Part shown: piece by piece, positions 10,353 through 19,971 of the stretch | Layout of the letters: every line of letters begins with the position of its first letter | How positions within the stretch are numbered: the stretch's first letter is position 1 | Source: Gemmatimonadota bacterium | Lineage (GTDB): Bacteria > 4572-55 > J002 | NCBI GenBank assembly: GCA_003697105.1 | Contig: RFFQ01000146.1 | Span: 10,565 to 74,564, forward strand | Reading direction: 5' to 3' | Length of the DNA: 64,000 nucleotides | Program-made: the position numbers and the translations under genes | Notes under the pieces: model-generated | Told to the model about the DNA's origin: nothing | Databases searched by the model: none | What the model saw: only the letters and a program-made list of their open reading frames with translations

Positions 10353-10630
10353 ATGTTGCTTGTGACTTTTGAAAAAAGGTTCGTATTCACTCTACCGACC
10401 CCGATCTGGAGTCGATCAACGGCGAGTTGGGGGTGATTCTCGGAATGGGCACGGATGCCGAACCGGTTGTATATGGTGTATTCATTTACCGTGATGAAAC
10501 GGTTTGGTCGTTAGAGGCAGTACACTTGCCATCTACTGGTGAATTTGCTCGCTGGGAACATCTTTATGAGGATGCCACCGTGATTCGAGTGCAAGTAGAT
10601 GAAAGTGGGCGCGGTATTTTAGCCGAATAA
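10353..10630 (+). pseudogene. Imm31-like polymorphic-toxin immunity protein, apparently frameshifted near its start
   Basis: The 10427 ORF frame extends upstream as KVRIHSTDPDLESINGELGVILG...VFIYRDETVWSL...STGEFAR...IRVQVDESGRG to a TGA at 10370; the ATG at 10353 (MLLVTFEK) is in another frame across an A6 run. Family call from remembered similarity. Confidence 0.55.
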
Positions 10631-10704
10631 GAGAGTCCTTGTCCCGTTCCGAATGGATGCCCTGTCTGACCTTCATACCCCCATCCCCACAGCGGGTCAA
10701 TCAC

Positions 10705-11454
10705 ATGATTCCTACCTGGCAAAATAGTTTGCACAGTGATGGTACATCGCTATTTTTATCGCCCAACTATCCCCAGTTGGGGGAGGATGTCACCGTCAAA
10801 CTCCGGGTGTTTAAAACAAACCCGATCTGGAGGATTTGGGTGCGAACGATCCCCGATGGCGAACCGCTCTTTTACGACATGACGTGTCTAGCAACAGATG
10901 CTATTTTTGAATGGTGGCAAACCGAGATACGCCTCGATGCTCCCCTTGTGAACTACCGGTTTTTGCTGGAAGATGACCAACACCAGCGTTGGCACTACAA
11001 TCAAGCGGGCTGTTGGGCACACGAACCTCCCGATGATGCCGATTTTAAGATTATCGCCGGTTACCATCCACCGGCGTGGCTTCACGACCGAATTTTTTAC
11101 CAGATTTTTCCGGATCGGTTCTGTGATGGTGACCCGGCGAAGAACGTCCGGGAGGGGGAATATACCTATTTGGGTTACACGACCTCTACCCGAAACTGGG
11201 GTGACCCTCCCCCAAAATGGGCAACTCACGGAAATTTGGACTTTTTCGGAGGTGACCTCGCGGGGATTCAACAGCAGATTTGCTATTTGCAGGAGTTAGG
11301 GGTCAATGCACTCTATCTCAATCCCATTTTTGAAGCGCGGAGCAACCATAAATATGACCCTGTGGATTATTTCAAAATTGATGCGCACTTCGGGACAAAT
11401 GCAGGCTTTGCCCGTCTGATTTACAGGTATTCTTTGCCTGAAGGTTTCGTTTAG
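10705..11454 (+). pseudogene. Truncated GH13 maltodextrin glucosidase/neopullulanase-like gene
   Basis: FYQIFPDRF, FFGGDLAGI, LGVNALYLNPIF, SNHKYD, IDAHFG, then abrupt stop before the catalytic conserved regions. Confidence 0.8.
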
Positions 11455-11525
11455 AAAATCATTTGACATCTGTCTTGTTTCACCCTACTTTCTGTGCCGA
11501 AATCAGCGTCGATTCGGGTTTTTTG

Positions 11526-11555
11526 TTGACGTAAACGTGAAAGTTCAGCTATAAT
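11526..11555 (+). promoter_or_regulatory. Sigma70 promoter upstream of the GT2 gene
   Basis: TTGACG-18 nt-TATAAT; a second TTGACA-17-TACTTT lies at 11463-11491. Confidence 0.65.
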
Positions 11556-11566
11556 TACTAGGATTC

Positions 11567-12460
11567 GTGATGATGTCTGTACCGCGTACGGTCATGGTTT
11601 CCGCATCGATTGTGACGTGGAATAGTGCCGCTTACATTCGGGATTGTTTACGCTCTTTACTGGATTCTGGACCTCGCATTCAATTGGAGATCACGGTTGT
11701 TGATAATGCCTCATCTGATGAGACGGTGAGCGTGATTCAGCGTGAGTTTCCTCATATCCGGCTTATTCAAAATGAGACAAATCTGGGTTATACGCGGGCG
11801 ATGAATCAAGGTATTGCTGGTGCGCAGGGGGATTTTATTTTGCAACTCAATCCCGACACCATCTTGTTTCCGGGGGCACTGGAGACGATGGTTGATTTTT
11901 TGCAGATGCACCCAGAAGTAGGCTTGGTGGGACCGCAATTACTTGACCCCGATGGAACGGTACAACCCTCCTGTCGCGAATTCCCAACATTTCGGACGCT
12001 TGTGTATGAAATGTTCGGTTTATCATGGCTTTTTCCGCGCAGTCCCCGATTTGGACATTGGCGAATGGGGTATTTTGATCACCTCACGTCACGAGTTGTT
12101 GACCAGCCGATGGGCGCTTGTGTGTTGATCCGCAAGGATGTGATGGCGCAGATCGGGCAGTTGGATGAGCGATTTTTCATGTTTTACAGTGATGTGGATT
12201 TGTGCGTACAAGTTCAGCGTTTGGGTTATCAAAATTATTTTTTAGTGGATGCACAAGTAACCCATTATAAAGGGGTTAGTGTTAAGCGTCGCCGTCCGGC
12301 GATGATTTACTCTGCCCACCAAAGCATGTATGCCTTTTTGAAGAAATATTACGCAAATCAGCCGTTGAAACTTGCTTTAAGCAAAGCGATATTATTTATC
12401 GGTAGCGGGTTGCGTATCAGTTGGGATTATTCAACCGTATGGCTTCACGCAAAATCTTAA
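11567..12460 (+). CDS. GT2 family glycosyltransferase (WbbL-like)
   Basis: VVDNASSD, NLGY..AMNQG, LNPDT, GACVLIR, DERFFMFYSDVDLC. Confidence 0.9.
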   Translation: MMMSVPRTVMVSASIVTWNSAAYIRDCLRSLLDSGPRIQLEITVVDNASSDETVSVIQREFPHIRLIQNETNLGYTRAMNQGIAGAQGDFILQLNPDTILFPGALETMVDFLQMHPEVGLVGPQLLDPDGTVQPSCREFPTFRTLVYEMFGLSWLFPRSPRFGHWRMGYFDHLTSRVVDQPMGACVLIRKDVMAQIGQLDERFFMFYSDVDLCVQVQRLGYQNYFLVDAQVTHYKGVSVKRRRPAMIYSAHQSMYAFLKKYYANQPLKLALSKAILFIGSGLRISWDYSTVWLHAKS

Positions 12461-13500
12461 CCGTCGCTTTAATGACCTTGATCTTGATTAGCAGTTTCCC
12501 GGTAATGAGCCGGGGACAGGTGACCGCTTTTCGGGAAACGCCCCGTGCCGGAGGAATGGGTCGCGCCTTCATTGCCGTTGCCGAAGGGGTCGATGCCGTC
12601 TTCCATAACCCATCTGGGTTGGCACGAAATACGCGATTTCCCAAAATTTTCTATAGCGGTATTGACGAATTCAGTTATGATTGGACACGGGAAGGTCTCT
12701 CGCAGAAATTTCAGGATCGAGGGGGATATTTCACGACAGTTGAATATTCGGCATCACTCACCGGACGAATGCGGCAGGTGACCGGACTTCCGCCGGATAA
12801 CATAAGTGATGAATCGTGGTCATATCGCGAATATCATCTTGAAATTTCCTCTGCCGAGCCTACTTCCGAGCAGTTGTTGGTTGGGCTTAGCGGTTATTAC
12901 ACCTACCAAACCAGCGCGGATTGGAAATTTTCCCGGCAACATAGTTTTGGAGGAGACCTCTCGCTCTTATTCAGCCCCCAAAAATATGTGCAACTGGGGT
13001 TGGTCACCCATAACTTGCTAAAAACAAAATCGAATACCGTTTATTTTGATTACTTTGGACGCGGGATTGTGACCCGCGATGCCCCGCGTGACTTCAGTGT
13101 GGGGGTTTGTTTCCGCTTAGGCAGAGGGTTTTTGCTCGCCGGCGATATTCATAACGTGTTGGAACGGACAATCCATACCGCCACATTTGAAAATGAGATT
13201 GAACTCCGCCGGAGCTACCATCTCGGTCTGGAAATAGACCTGTTCCAAACCATTCAAGTCCGAAGCGGTGTGAGTACGTCCTATCAGATTGTCGATTTTT
13301 ACGATGAAACCGATGACGGTGATTTTAGTTACACCGCTACAAGTAGTTTTTCCGTTGGACTGGGAGCGCGCTATCGTCACATGAGTATGGATACCGCATT
13401 TATTTTAGATAAGCGCCGGGATAAAATGAAAAATTTTGAAGATGTTACCATCAAACGGGACCCGTATCACCTGATGTTTTCGTTGGTATGGGCATTATAA
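12439..13500 (+). CDS. Outer-membrane beta-barrel, PorV/FadL-like
   Basis: Signal peptide followed by PRAGGMGRAFIAVAEGVDAVFHNPSGLA; amphipathic strands. Confidence 0.7.
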   Translation: MASRKILTVALMTLILISSFPVMSRGQVTAFRETPRAGGMGRAFIAVAEGVDAVFHNPSGLARNTRFPKIFYSGIDEFSYDWTREGLSQKFQDRGGYFTTVEYSASLTGRMRQVTGLPPDNISDESWSYREYHLEISSAEPTSEQLLVGLSGYYTYQTSADWKFSRQHSFGGDLSLLFSPQKYVQLGLVTHNLLKTKSNTVYFDYFGRGIVTRDAPRDFSVGVCFRLGRGFLLAGDIHNVLERTIHTATFENEIELRRSYHLGLEIDLFQTIQVRSGVSTSYQIVDFYDETDDGDFSYTATSSFSVGLGARYRHMSMDTAFILDKRRDKMKNFEDVTIKRDPYHLMFSLVWAL

Positions 13501-13587
13501 GTGGATTAAGTATGCCCCATTTCCGTCATCAATGCGCCCGTTGGTGATGATTACCGTTCTGTTTTTTGATCCAAGCAGGAGAGACCT

Positions 13588-14769
13588 ATGAATCGTCCTT
13601 CCGATGGCACCATGCCGGATTTGCCATTGCTGATCATCACCCTCATCTTAGTGGGAATCGGCACCGTGATGGTATATAGCTCCAGTGTTGCGGTTGCCGC
13701 ACGTGAGTTTGGGGGTGCGGAGTTTTTTCTTAAGCGACAAATTGCCCGGGCAGTGATTGCCGTCATTATTATGACACTCTTTTTGATGTTTGATTACCGC
13801 CTTTACCAGCAGATGGCTAAAGTGCTTTTTGCTGTTTGCTTAGGGTTATTGTTGATTGTGCTTTTGCCGCAGGTCGGGGGGCGTGTCGTTGCGGAAACCA
13901 ACGTTCGCCGTTGGCTCTCATTTGGTTCGCTTACGTTTCAGCCGGTGGAGTTTGTCAAAATTGGGTTAATTATTTATCTTGCGGCGGCCTTAGTGCGCAA
14001 GCGCGAGGTGATCACCTCCTTCACCCAAGGGTATCTCCCCTTACTGCTGGTGGTTGCCATCACCTTCACCTTAATTGTCTCCCAGCCGGCATTTGGCTAT
14101 GCGTTGCTGATTGGGATGATTTCCATGGTGATGCTGTTTGTCGGGGGAGTCAAAATCTCGCATCTGGTTTTAACGGCGATTTCCGCACTGCCATTTTTAT
14201 ACCTGATTGTCCTGCGTGCCGATTACCGGTTACAACGGGTGCTGACCTTTTTAAACCCGGAAAGCGACCCGTTAGATAAAGGATACCAACTGCATCAGTC
14301 TTTAATTGCCATTGGTTCGGGGCAGATTATGGGCGTCGGGTTGGGGCAAGGACGCCAAAAGTTCGGTTTTTTGCCGGAAGCCTCAACCGACTTTATTTTT
14401 TCCATTATTGGGGAAGAAACCGGTTTTATCGGGGCTGTGATTGTTATCAGCCTGTTTTTAGCGATTGTCTGGCGCGGGGTGCAGATCGCTCGTCACGCAT
14501 CTGACCTGTTTGGATTCTATCTGGCAATCGGTATCACGGCGATGATTTTCCTTTCGGCTTGTATTAATATGGCAATGGTCACGGGATTGATTCCGATTAC
14601 GGGATTACCGTTACCATTCATCAGTTACGGCGGGTCGTCCTTGGTGTTTACCCTTGGGGCTGTCGGCATCTTGCTCAACATTTCGCGCTATGCCTCCCCA
14701 GAGCGAAAGAAAGGGTTAGTCACCAAACATCCCTCGTTTATGGACAAAATGCGCTATGCCCAAAATTAA
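13588..14769 (+). CDS. ftsW: SEDS peptidoglycan polymerase FtsW
   Basis: GTVMVYSSS, RRWL..FQPVE, GYQLHQSLIAIGSG, FLPEASTDFIF, PFISYGGSS; upstream of murG. Confidence 0.95.
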   Translation: MNRPSDGTMPDLPLLIITLILVGIGTVMVYSSSVAVAAREFGGAEFFLKRQIARAVIAVIIMTLFLMFDYRLYQQMAKVLFAVCLGLLLIVLLPQVGGRVVAETNVRRWLSFGSLTFQPVEFVKIGLIIYLAAALVRKREVITSFTQGYLPLLLVVAITFTLIVSQPAFGYALLIGMISMVMLFVGGVKISHLVLTAISALPFLYLIVLRADYRLQRVLTFLNPESDPLDKGYQLHQSLIAIGSGQIMGVGLGQGRQKFGFLPEASTDFIFSIIGEETGFIGAVIVISLFLAIVWRGVQIARHASDLFGFYLAIGITAMIFLSACINMAMVTGLIPITGLPLPFISYGGSSLVFTLGAVGILLNISRYASPERKKGLVTKHPSFMDKMRYAQN

Positions 14770-15853
14770 GATTGTGATTGCGGGAGGTGGGACTGGCGGG
14801 CATGTCTATCCGGGCATTGCAATTGCGCAGGAATTAAAACGGCTGCAACCGGATTGCGAAATCACCTTTGTCGGGACAAAACACCGGATTGAAAGCCGGA
14901 TTGTACCGAAAGAGGGTTTTCCGTTTAAGTCTATTTGGGTTCTCCCCTTTTCACGACGCTTCCACTGGCGCACGGTGCTGTTTGTTCCTGTTTTGTTGGT
15001 GGGTATCATTCAATCCTTTTTTTTTCTACGGCGCTACCGCCCGGCGGTCGTGGTTGGCACCGGTGGCTTTGTGAGTGGCCCGGTGTTGGTGGCGGCTCAT
15101 GGACTCGGTATCCCGACACTGATTCAAGAGCAGAATAGTTTACCCGGCATTACCAACAAGCTGTTTGCCAAATATGCGAGTGAAATTCATGTCAGTTTTG
15201 AGCAATCCCGGCGTTATTTTAAGCGGGCGGGTGTTTTTATGACCGGAAATCCGGTACGAAGTGCTCCCCCCAACATGACACCGGTACGGGCAAAAACCAT
15301 TTTCCAACTAGACCCGCAACGTCCCGTGCTGTTAGTGGTGGGAGGGAGTCAGGGTGCTCATGCGATTAATCAGGTTGTCGGGCAGGCATTAGCGCATCTT
15401 GACCCGAATCTTCAACTGATTTGGCAGACGGGTCGTGCTGATTACGAGTGGGTACGCTCCGTTGCGGAACCGTTTGCCGGACGGGTTATCGTGCGCGACT
15501 TTATCTACAATATGGAAGAAGCTTATCTGGCGGCGGATGTCGCACTTTGCCGGGCAGGTGCCACGACCATCGCAGAATTGATGTTGTATGGCTGCCCAGC
15601 GATTTTAGTACCGTTTCCTCAAGCGGCGGAAAATCATCAGGAACTTAATGCCCAAAGTTTGGTTGAAGAAGGCGCGGCGGTGCTTTTGCGCCAATCGGAA
15701 CTGACACCGGAAACCTTACTCTCTCAATTACAACACTTACTGGATCATCCCCGTCAATTGGAGGAGATGTCTTTTCATCTCCGGCATCTCAGCCGACCTG
15801 ATGCCGCTAACCAGATTGCCAAGCGCATTTTGTACTATGCCGGGGAATTTTAA
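14756..15853 (+). CDS. murG: Lipid II GlcNAc transferase MurG
   Basis: GGGTGGHVYP, GTGGFVSGP, EQNSLPG, GNPVR, GGSQGA, RAGATT, HQELNA. Confidence 0.97.
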   Translation: MPKIKIVIAGGGTGGHVYPGIAIAQELKRLQPDCEITFVGTKHRIESRIVPKEGFPFKSIWVLPFSRRFHWRTVLFVPVLLVGIIQSFFFLRRYRPAVVVGTGGFVSGPVLVAAHGLGIPTLIQEQNSLPGITNKLFAKYASEIHVSFEQSRRYFKRAGVFMTGNPVRSAPPNMTPVRAKTIFQLDPQRPVLLVVGGSQGAHAINQVVGQALAHLDPNLQLIWQTGRADYEWVRSVAEPFAGRVIVRDFIYNMEEAYLAADVALCRAGATTIAELMLYGCPAILVPFPQAAENHQELNAQSLVEEGAAVLLRQSELTPETLLSQLQHLLDHPRQLEEMSFHLRHLSRPDAANQIAKRILYYAGEF

Positions 15854-15868
15854 GGAGATTCTCCCTTT

Positions 15869-16681
15869 ATGTTAGAACAATTCTGGGGCTTGTCCTCTAA
15901 ACCGTTTTTGAATACCCCTTCGTTGGATTTTCTGTTTGAATCGTCCGAATTTTCAGAATCTTACGCGCGGTTGTGGTACAATATGCAGGATTTACGGGGG
16001 GGTATCTGTGTCGTGACCGGTGAGATCGGCACGGGTAAAACCATGCTTAGCCGGGCATTATTGAACAAATTGAATGGAGATGACCGGTTTTCCACCGCAT
16101 TGGTATTGAACCCCCAATTAACCCCCAATCAGTTGATCAAGCTGATTCTGACTGAGTTTGGGGCAGTCAAAAAGCCCGCACGTTCAAAATATCAATTGCT
16201 GGAACAACTCAATGGTTTTTTGCTGGAAGAATATGAGCAGGGGCGAACACCAGTTGTGCTGATTGACGAAGCCCAAATGCTGAAAAAACCGCTCTTGGAA
16301 GAATTGCGGCTGATGACCAATTTTGAGACCAACACCACCAAGCTGATTCAGGTGGTGTTGTTCGGACAACCGGAGTTGAATAAGATCATTAACCGGATTC
16401 CACAATTTAAGCAACGGATTGCGATCCGGTATCATATTGAACCGCTTGATCTCGACGAGACGACGGCGTATATTAAGCACCGCTTACAGTGTGCCGGTGT
16501 ATCGCTTGAGAGCGTTTTCTCCGCGGATTCTCTCGAAAAAGTGTTTCAATATACCGGGGGTATTCCTCGTGTTATTAACACGTTATGTATGAATGCGTTG
16601 ATGGCTGGATTTATTCGCCACACCCGCCCTATTACCGCTGAACTGGTTCAGGATGTATGGGCGGATTTAGAAGGACGCTAA
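15869..16681 (+). CDS. ExeA/GspA-family AAA+ ATPase (no PG-binding domain)
   Basis: FWGLSSKPF..TP, Walker A GEIGTGKT, Walker B VLIDEAQ, LFGQPEL, GGIPRVIN. Confidence 0.9.
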   Translation: MLEQFWGLSSKPFLNTPSLDFLFESSEFSESYARLWYNMQDLRGGICVVTGEIGTGKTMLSRALLNKLNGDDRFSTALVLNPQLTPNQLIKLILTEFGAVKKPARSKYQLLEQLNGFLLEEYEQGRTPVVLIDEAQMLKKPLLEELRLMTNFETNTTKLIQVVLFGQPELNKIINRIPQFKQRIAIRYHIEPLDLDETTAYIKHRLQCAGVSLESVFSADSLEKVFQYTGGIPRVINTLCMNALMAGFIRHTRPITAELVQDVWADLEGR

Positions 16682-16684
16682 CTT

Positions 16685-17470
16685 ATGGCAAAAAAGAAAA
16701 TTAGTTACGCCAAATTGCTGGATTCGGAAAAACCGGTGAACCCGAAAGAACCGGTCGCCAATGTTCCACTATCAACACCGGAAGCCAAACCCAAACCGGA
16801 GGTGAACCCGAAAACGGCATCCAAACCGGCAGGAGTTCCGCCCCCACCACCGGAGAAACCACTCTCCAAACCCCCGGTGAAGCCAGACCGAACTCCGCCT
16901 GCTCCAGAAGGTAAATTGCACCCATCAGTGGAACACGTGCTCCAAAATTCACCTCCAACGGAAGCGCCGCCCCCTCCAGCAACACCTCAAGAGGAGGCAG
17001 ACCTTTCCGGCAAAATATATGGGCAGATGATCTGTTTCCGGCTAGGAGATGAAGAATTTTGTATCCCGATTACACAGGTCAAAGAGATTCATCCGTCAGT
17101 CGATATTATCACCTTGCCCAATCTACCCGAGTTTATCGCCGGGATTATCCGCCTACGGGATATGGTTATTCCGGTAGTGGATTTGGGACAACGATTCCAG
17201 TTTCGCAATAAACTGTTGCCGGGTTACGGTACACTGATTGTATCCGCGCTGAAAAATAATGAAGTGCTCGGCTTGCTGGTTGATTCGATTTCCAATGTGG
17301 AATATGCCACCCAAGAGAACGTCAAACCCTTACCTCCCATGTTTGACCCTGTGGAAAGTGAATATATGCCGGGAGTAATCAAGCTGGATACCCGCCTGAT
17401 CGTGATTTTAGATATTGATAATCTTCTAAAAAATGAAGAAGTTGAAGAGCTTTCCGGAATGGGTCATTGA
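16685..17470 (+). CDS. CheW-domain protein with Pro-rich N-terminal extension
   Basis: FRLGDEEFCIPITQVKEI, GIIRLRDMVIPVVDL, GLLVDSI, LIVILDID; ~100-aa Pro-rich leader. Confidence 0.88.
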   Translation: MAKKKISYAKLLDSEKPVNPKEPVANVPLSTPEAKPKPEVNPKTASKPAGVPPPPPEKPLSKPPVKPDRTPPAPEGKLHPSVEHVLQNSPPTEAPPPPATPQEEADLSGKIYGQMICFRLGDEEFCIPITQVKEIHPSVDIITLPNLPEFIAGIIRLRDMVIPVVDLGQRFQFRNKLLPGYGTLIVSALKNNEVLGLLVDSISNVEYATQENVKPLPPMFDPVESEYMPGVIKLDTRLIVILDIDNLLKNEEVEELSGMGH

Positions 17471-18498
17471 TGCACATCTCTGATTTTGATTATCATCTGC
17501 CGGAAGACCGGATTGCGCAAGAGCCTCTCCCCGAACGGGATGCTTGCCGGTTGTTGGTCTGCGACCGCGCCCGCCAGCGGTTTGAAGACCGGATTTTTCG
17601 GGATGTGGGTGATTATCTGCATCCCGGGGATGTGCTCGTGCTGAATGAAACGCGGGTAATTCCGGCGCGGCTCTTCGGCCGCCTCGCTACCGGCCGGGAG
17701 ATAGAAGTATTTTTGGTACATGAAGTCGAACCGGATCAATGGCACGTGTTGCTGAAACCCGCTTTGAAAGCGAAAATCGGTAAAACAATCACATTTGATA
17801 AGGTCCCTCTCACCGCCACGGTGACCGATTATGCCGGACGGGGGCAACGCATCTTGAAATTTGAGTATGAGGGTGATTTTAAAACATTGATCGAGTCGAT
17901 TGGAAATGTACCGTTGCCTCCCTACATTCATCGTCCGCCGGTTGCTCAGGATCGGGAACAGTATCAAACGGTGTATGCCCGCCAAGATGGTGCTGTAGCG
18001 GCACCTACGGCGGGATTGCATTTTACCCCGCACTTGTTAGACCGGTTAAAACAAAAAGGGGTCATCATCACCTCACTGGTGTTGCATGTGGGCATCGGTA
18101 CGTTTCGTCCGGTAACCGTGACCGACCCGCGAGAACATCAGATGGATAAAGAGTGGTACTCCATTGGAACCGACGCGGCGGAGACGATCAACACCGCCAG
18201 AGCGAATGGGGGACGGATTATCGCCGTAGGCACGACGGTAGTACGAACGTTGGAATCAGTGGCGGATGCAGGGGGCGTCGTTCAGGCACAAACGGGCTGG
18301 ACGGATATCTTTATCTATCCTCCGTACCGCTTCAAATGTGTTGACGGCTTGATCACAAACTTCCATTTACCCAAATCAACATTGTTGATGCTCGTATCGG
18401 CGTTTGCCGGTCATGAATTCACGGTAAAAGCCTATCACCATGCCGTAAATCAGCAATACCGGTTTTACAGCTATGGTGATGCCATGCTAATTTTCTAA
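17470..18498 (+). CDS. queA: SAM:tRNA ribosyltransferase-isomerase
   Basis: FDYHLPEDRIAQEP, PLPPYI, YQTVYA..GAVAAPTAGLHFT, TNFHLPKSTL, YRFYSYGDAM. Confidence 0.97.
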   Translation: MHISDFDYHLPEDRIAQEPLPERDACRLLVCDRARQRFEDRIFRDVGDYLHPGDVLVLNETRVIPARLFGRLATGREIEVFLVHEVEPDQWHVLLKPALKAKIGKTITFDKVPLTATVTDYAGRGQRILKFEYEGDFKTLIESIGNVPLPPYIHRPPVAQDREQYQTVYARQDGAVAAPTAGLHFTPHLLDRLKQKGVIITSLVLHVGIGTFRPVTVTDPREHQMDKEWYSIGTDAAETINTARANGGRIIAVGTTVVRTLESVADAGGVVQAQTGWTDIFIYPPYRFKCVDGLITNFHLPKSTLLMLVSAFAGHEFTVKAYHHAVNQQYRFYSYGDAMLIF

Positions 18499-18511
18499 CG
18501 TAGGTACAGCC

Positions 18512-19936
18512 ATGACGGATTACAGCGGTTCCAAAATTTTGATAGTTGATGATGAGCAGAGCATCTGCGAATTTATGTCGATTATGCTGCGTAAAGAGGG
18601 CTATGAGGTCGTTGATACCACGAGTTCGGTAAAGGCGATTGATTTGATTGAATCGGAGCCGTTTGATGTGGTGATAACGGATATCAAGATGCCTGAAAAA
18701 TCCGGAATTGAGGTATTACGGGTAGCAAAACAGGTAAATCCGCAGATGCCGGTGATCATTATGACTGCTTATGCCACATTGGATACGGCAATTGAAGCGG
18801 TTAATCAGGGCGCATTTTATTATTTGATCAAAAAAGCACGAAACGAAGAGATCAAGCAGATCGTGCGGAATGCGTTAGAGGTCAACCGGTTACGGGCAGA
18901 AAACCGGCGGCTAAAGCGGGAATTAAAATCCCGTTCTGAGTGGAGCGGGATTATCGGCGATAGCCCCGCGATTCAAGACGTTTTGGAATTGGTGCGCAAA
19001 GTAGCGGCTTCGGAAAGCACGGTGCTGATCCGGGGTGAAAGTGGCACCGGTAAAGAACTCATTGCACAAGCAATCCATTACAACAGTGCTCGCGCCGACG
19101 GTCCCTTTGTGACGATCAATTGTGCCGCACTGCCGGAAACCTTGCTCGAAAGTGAACTGTTTGGGCATGTAAAAGGCTCGTTTACCGGTGCGATTCGGGA
19201 CAAAGAAGGGTTGTTTAGTGTTGCCCGAAATGGCACTTTTTTTCTTGATGAAATTGGGGATACACCGCCGTCAATTCAGGTGAAGTTGTTGCGGGTTTTG
19301 CAAGAGCGGGAAATTGTGCCGGTGGGGGGCACCAAGCCCCTCAAAGTGGATGTTCGGGTCATTGCCGCGACAAATGTCGATCTGGAAGAAGAGGTGCGGC
19401 GGGGTAGCTTTCGGGCAGACCTCTTTTATCGCTTGAATGTCATTCCCATCCACATTCCGCCCCTCCGGCATCGCCGCGGGGACATCAGAGCATTGGCAGA
19501 ATATTTCCTGCGGAAATACTGCAATGACAATCAGTTAGAGCCTAAAAAGATTGCAAAAGACGCCATGACGGCATTGGAAAATTACAGGTGGCCCGGCAAT
19601 GTGCGCGAATTACAGAACATCATTGAACGGGCGGTAATTTTGCAAAAAGGGAGTGTTATTCAGAAGTCCGATTTACCACCACAAATACGGGGTGACCTGA
19701 CAGAAGATGAGGAAACCATGTTAACCATTGATGAACGTCCCACATTGGAGGATTTGGAGCGTGAATATATCCTGCGGGTACTGACTGAGACCGATTGGAA
19801 GCTCAAAGATACCGCGGAAATATTGAAAATTGACCCGTCCACGCTCCACCGGAAGATTAAAAAGTACGATCTGAAAAAGCAATCATCGCTCATTGATCTG
19901 CTCTCCAGCCGGATCAAGCGGCAAAAGGGAAAATAA
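18512..19936 (+). CDS. Sigma54-dependent response regulator (NtrC/PilR family)
   Basis: REC domain, GESGTGKE, ESELFGHVKGSFTGA, WPGNVREL, C-terminal HTH. Confidence 0.95.
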   Translation: MTDYSGSKILIVDDEQSICEFMSIMLRKEGYEVVDTTSSVKAIDLIESEPFDVVITDIKMPEKSGIEVLRVAKQVNPQMPVIIMTAYATLDTAIEAVNQGAFYYLIKKARNEEIKQIVRNALEVNRLRAENRRLKRELKSRSEWSGIIGDSPAIQDVLELVRKVAASESTVLIRGESGTGKELIAQAIHYNSARADGPFVTINCAALPETLLESELFGHVKGSFTGAIRDKEGLFSVARNGTFFLDEIGDTPPSIQVKLLRVLQEREIVPVGGTKPLKVDVRVIAATNVDLEEEVRRGSFRADLFYRLNVIPIHIPPLRHRRGDIRALAEYFLRKYCNDNQLEPKKIAKDAMTALENYRWPGNVRELQNIIERAVILQKGSVIQKSDLPPQIRGDLTEDEETMLTIDERPTLEDLEREYILRVLTETDWKLKDTAEILKIDPSTLHRKIKKYDLKKQSSLIDLLSSRIKRQKGK

Positions 19937-19971
19937 TCTACTACTTAAACATTATGAAGGAGAAGGTTTCA

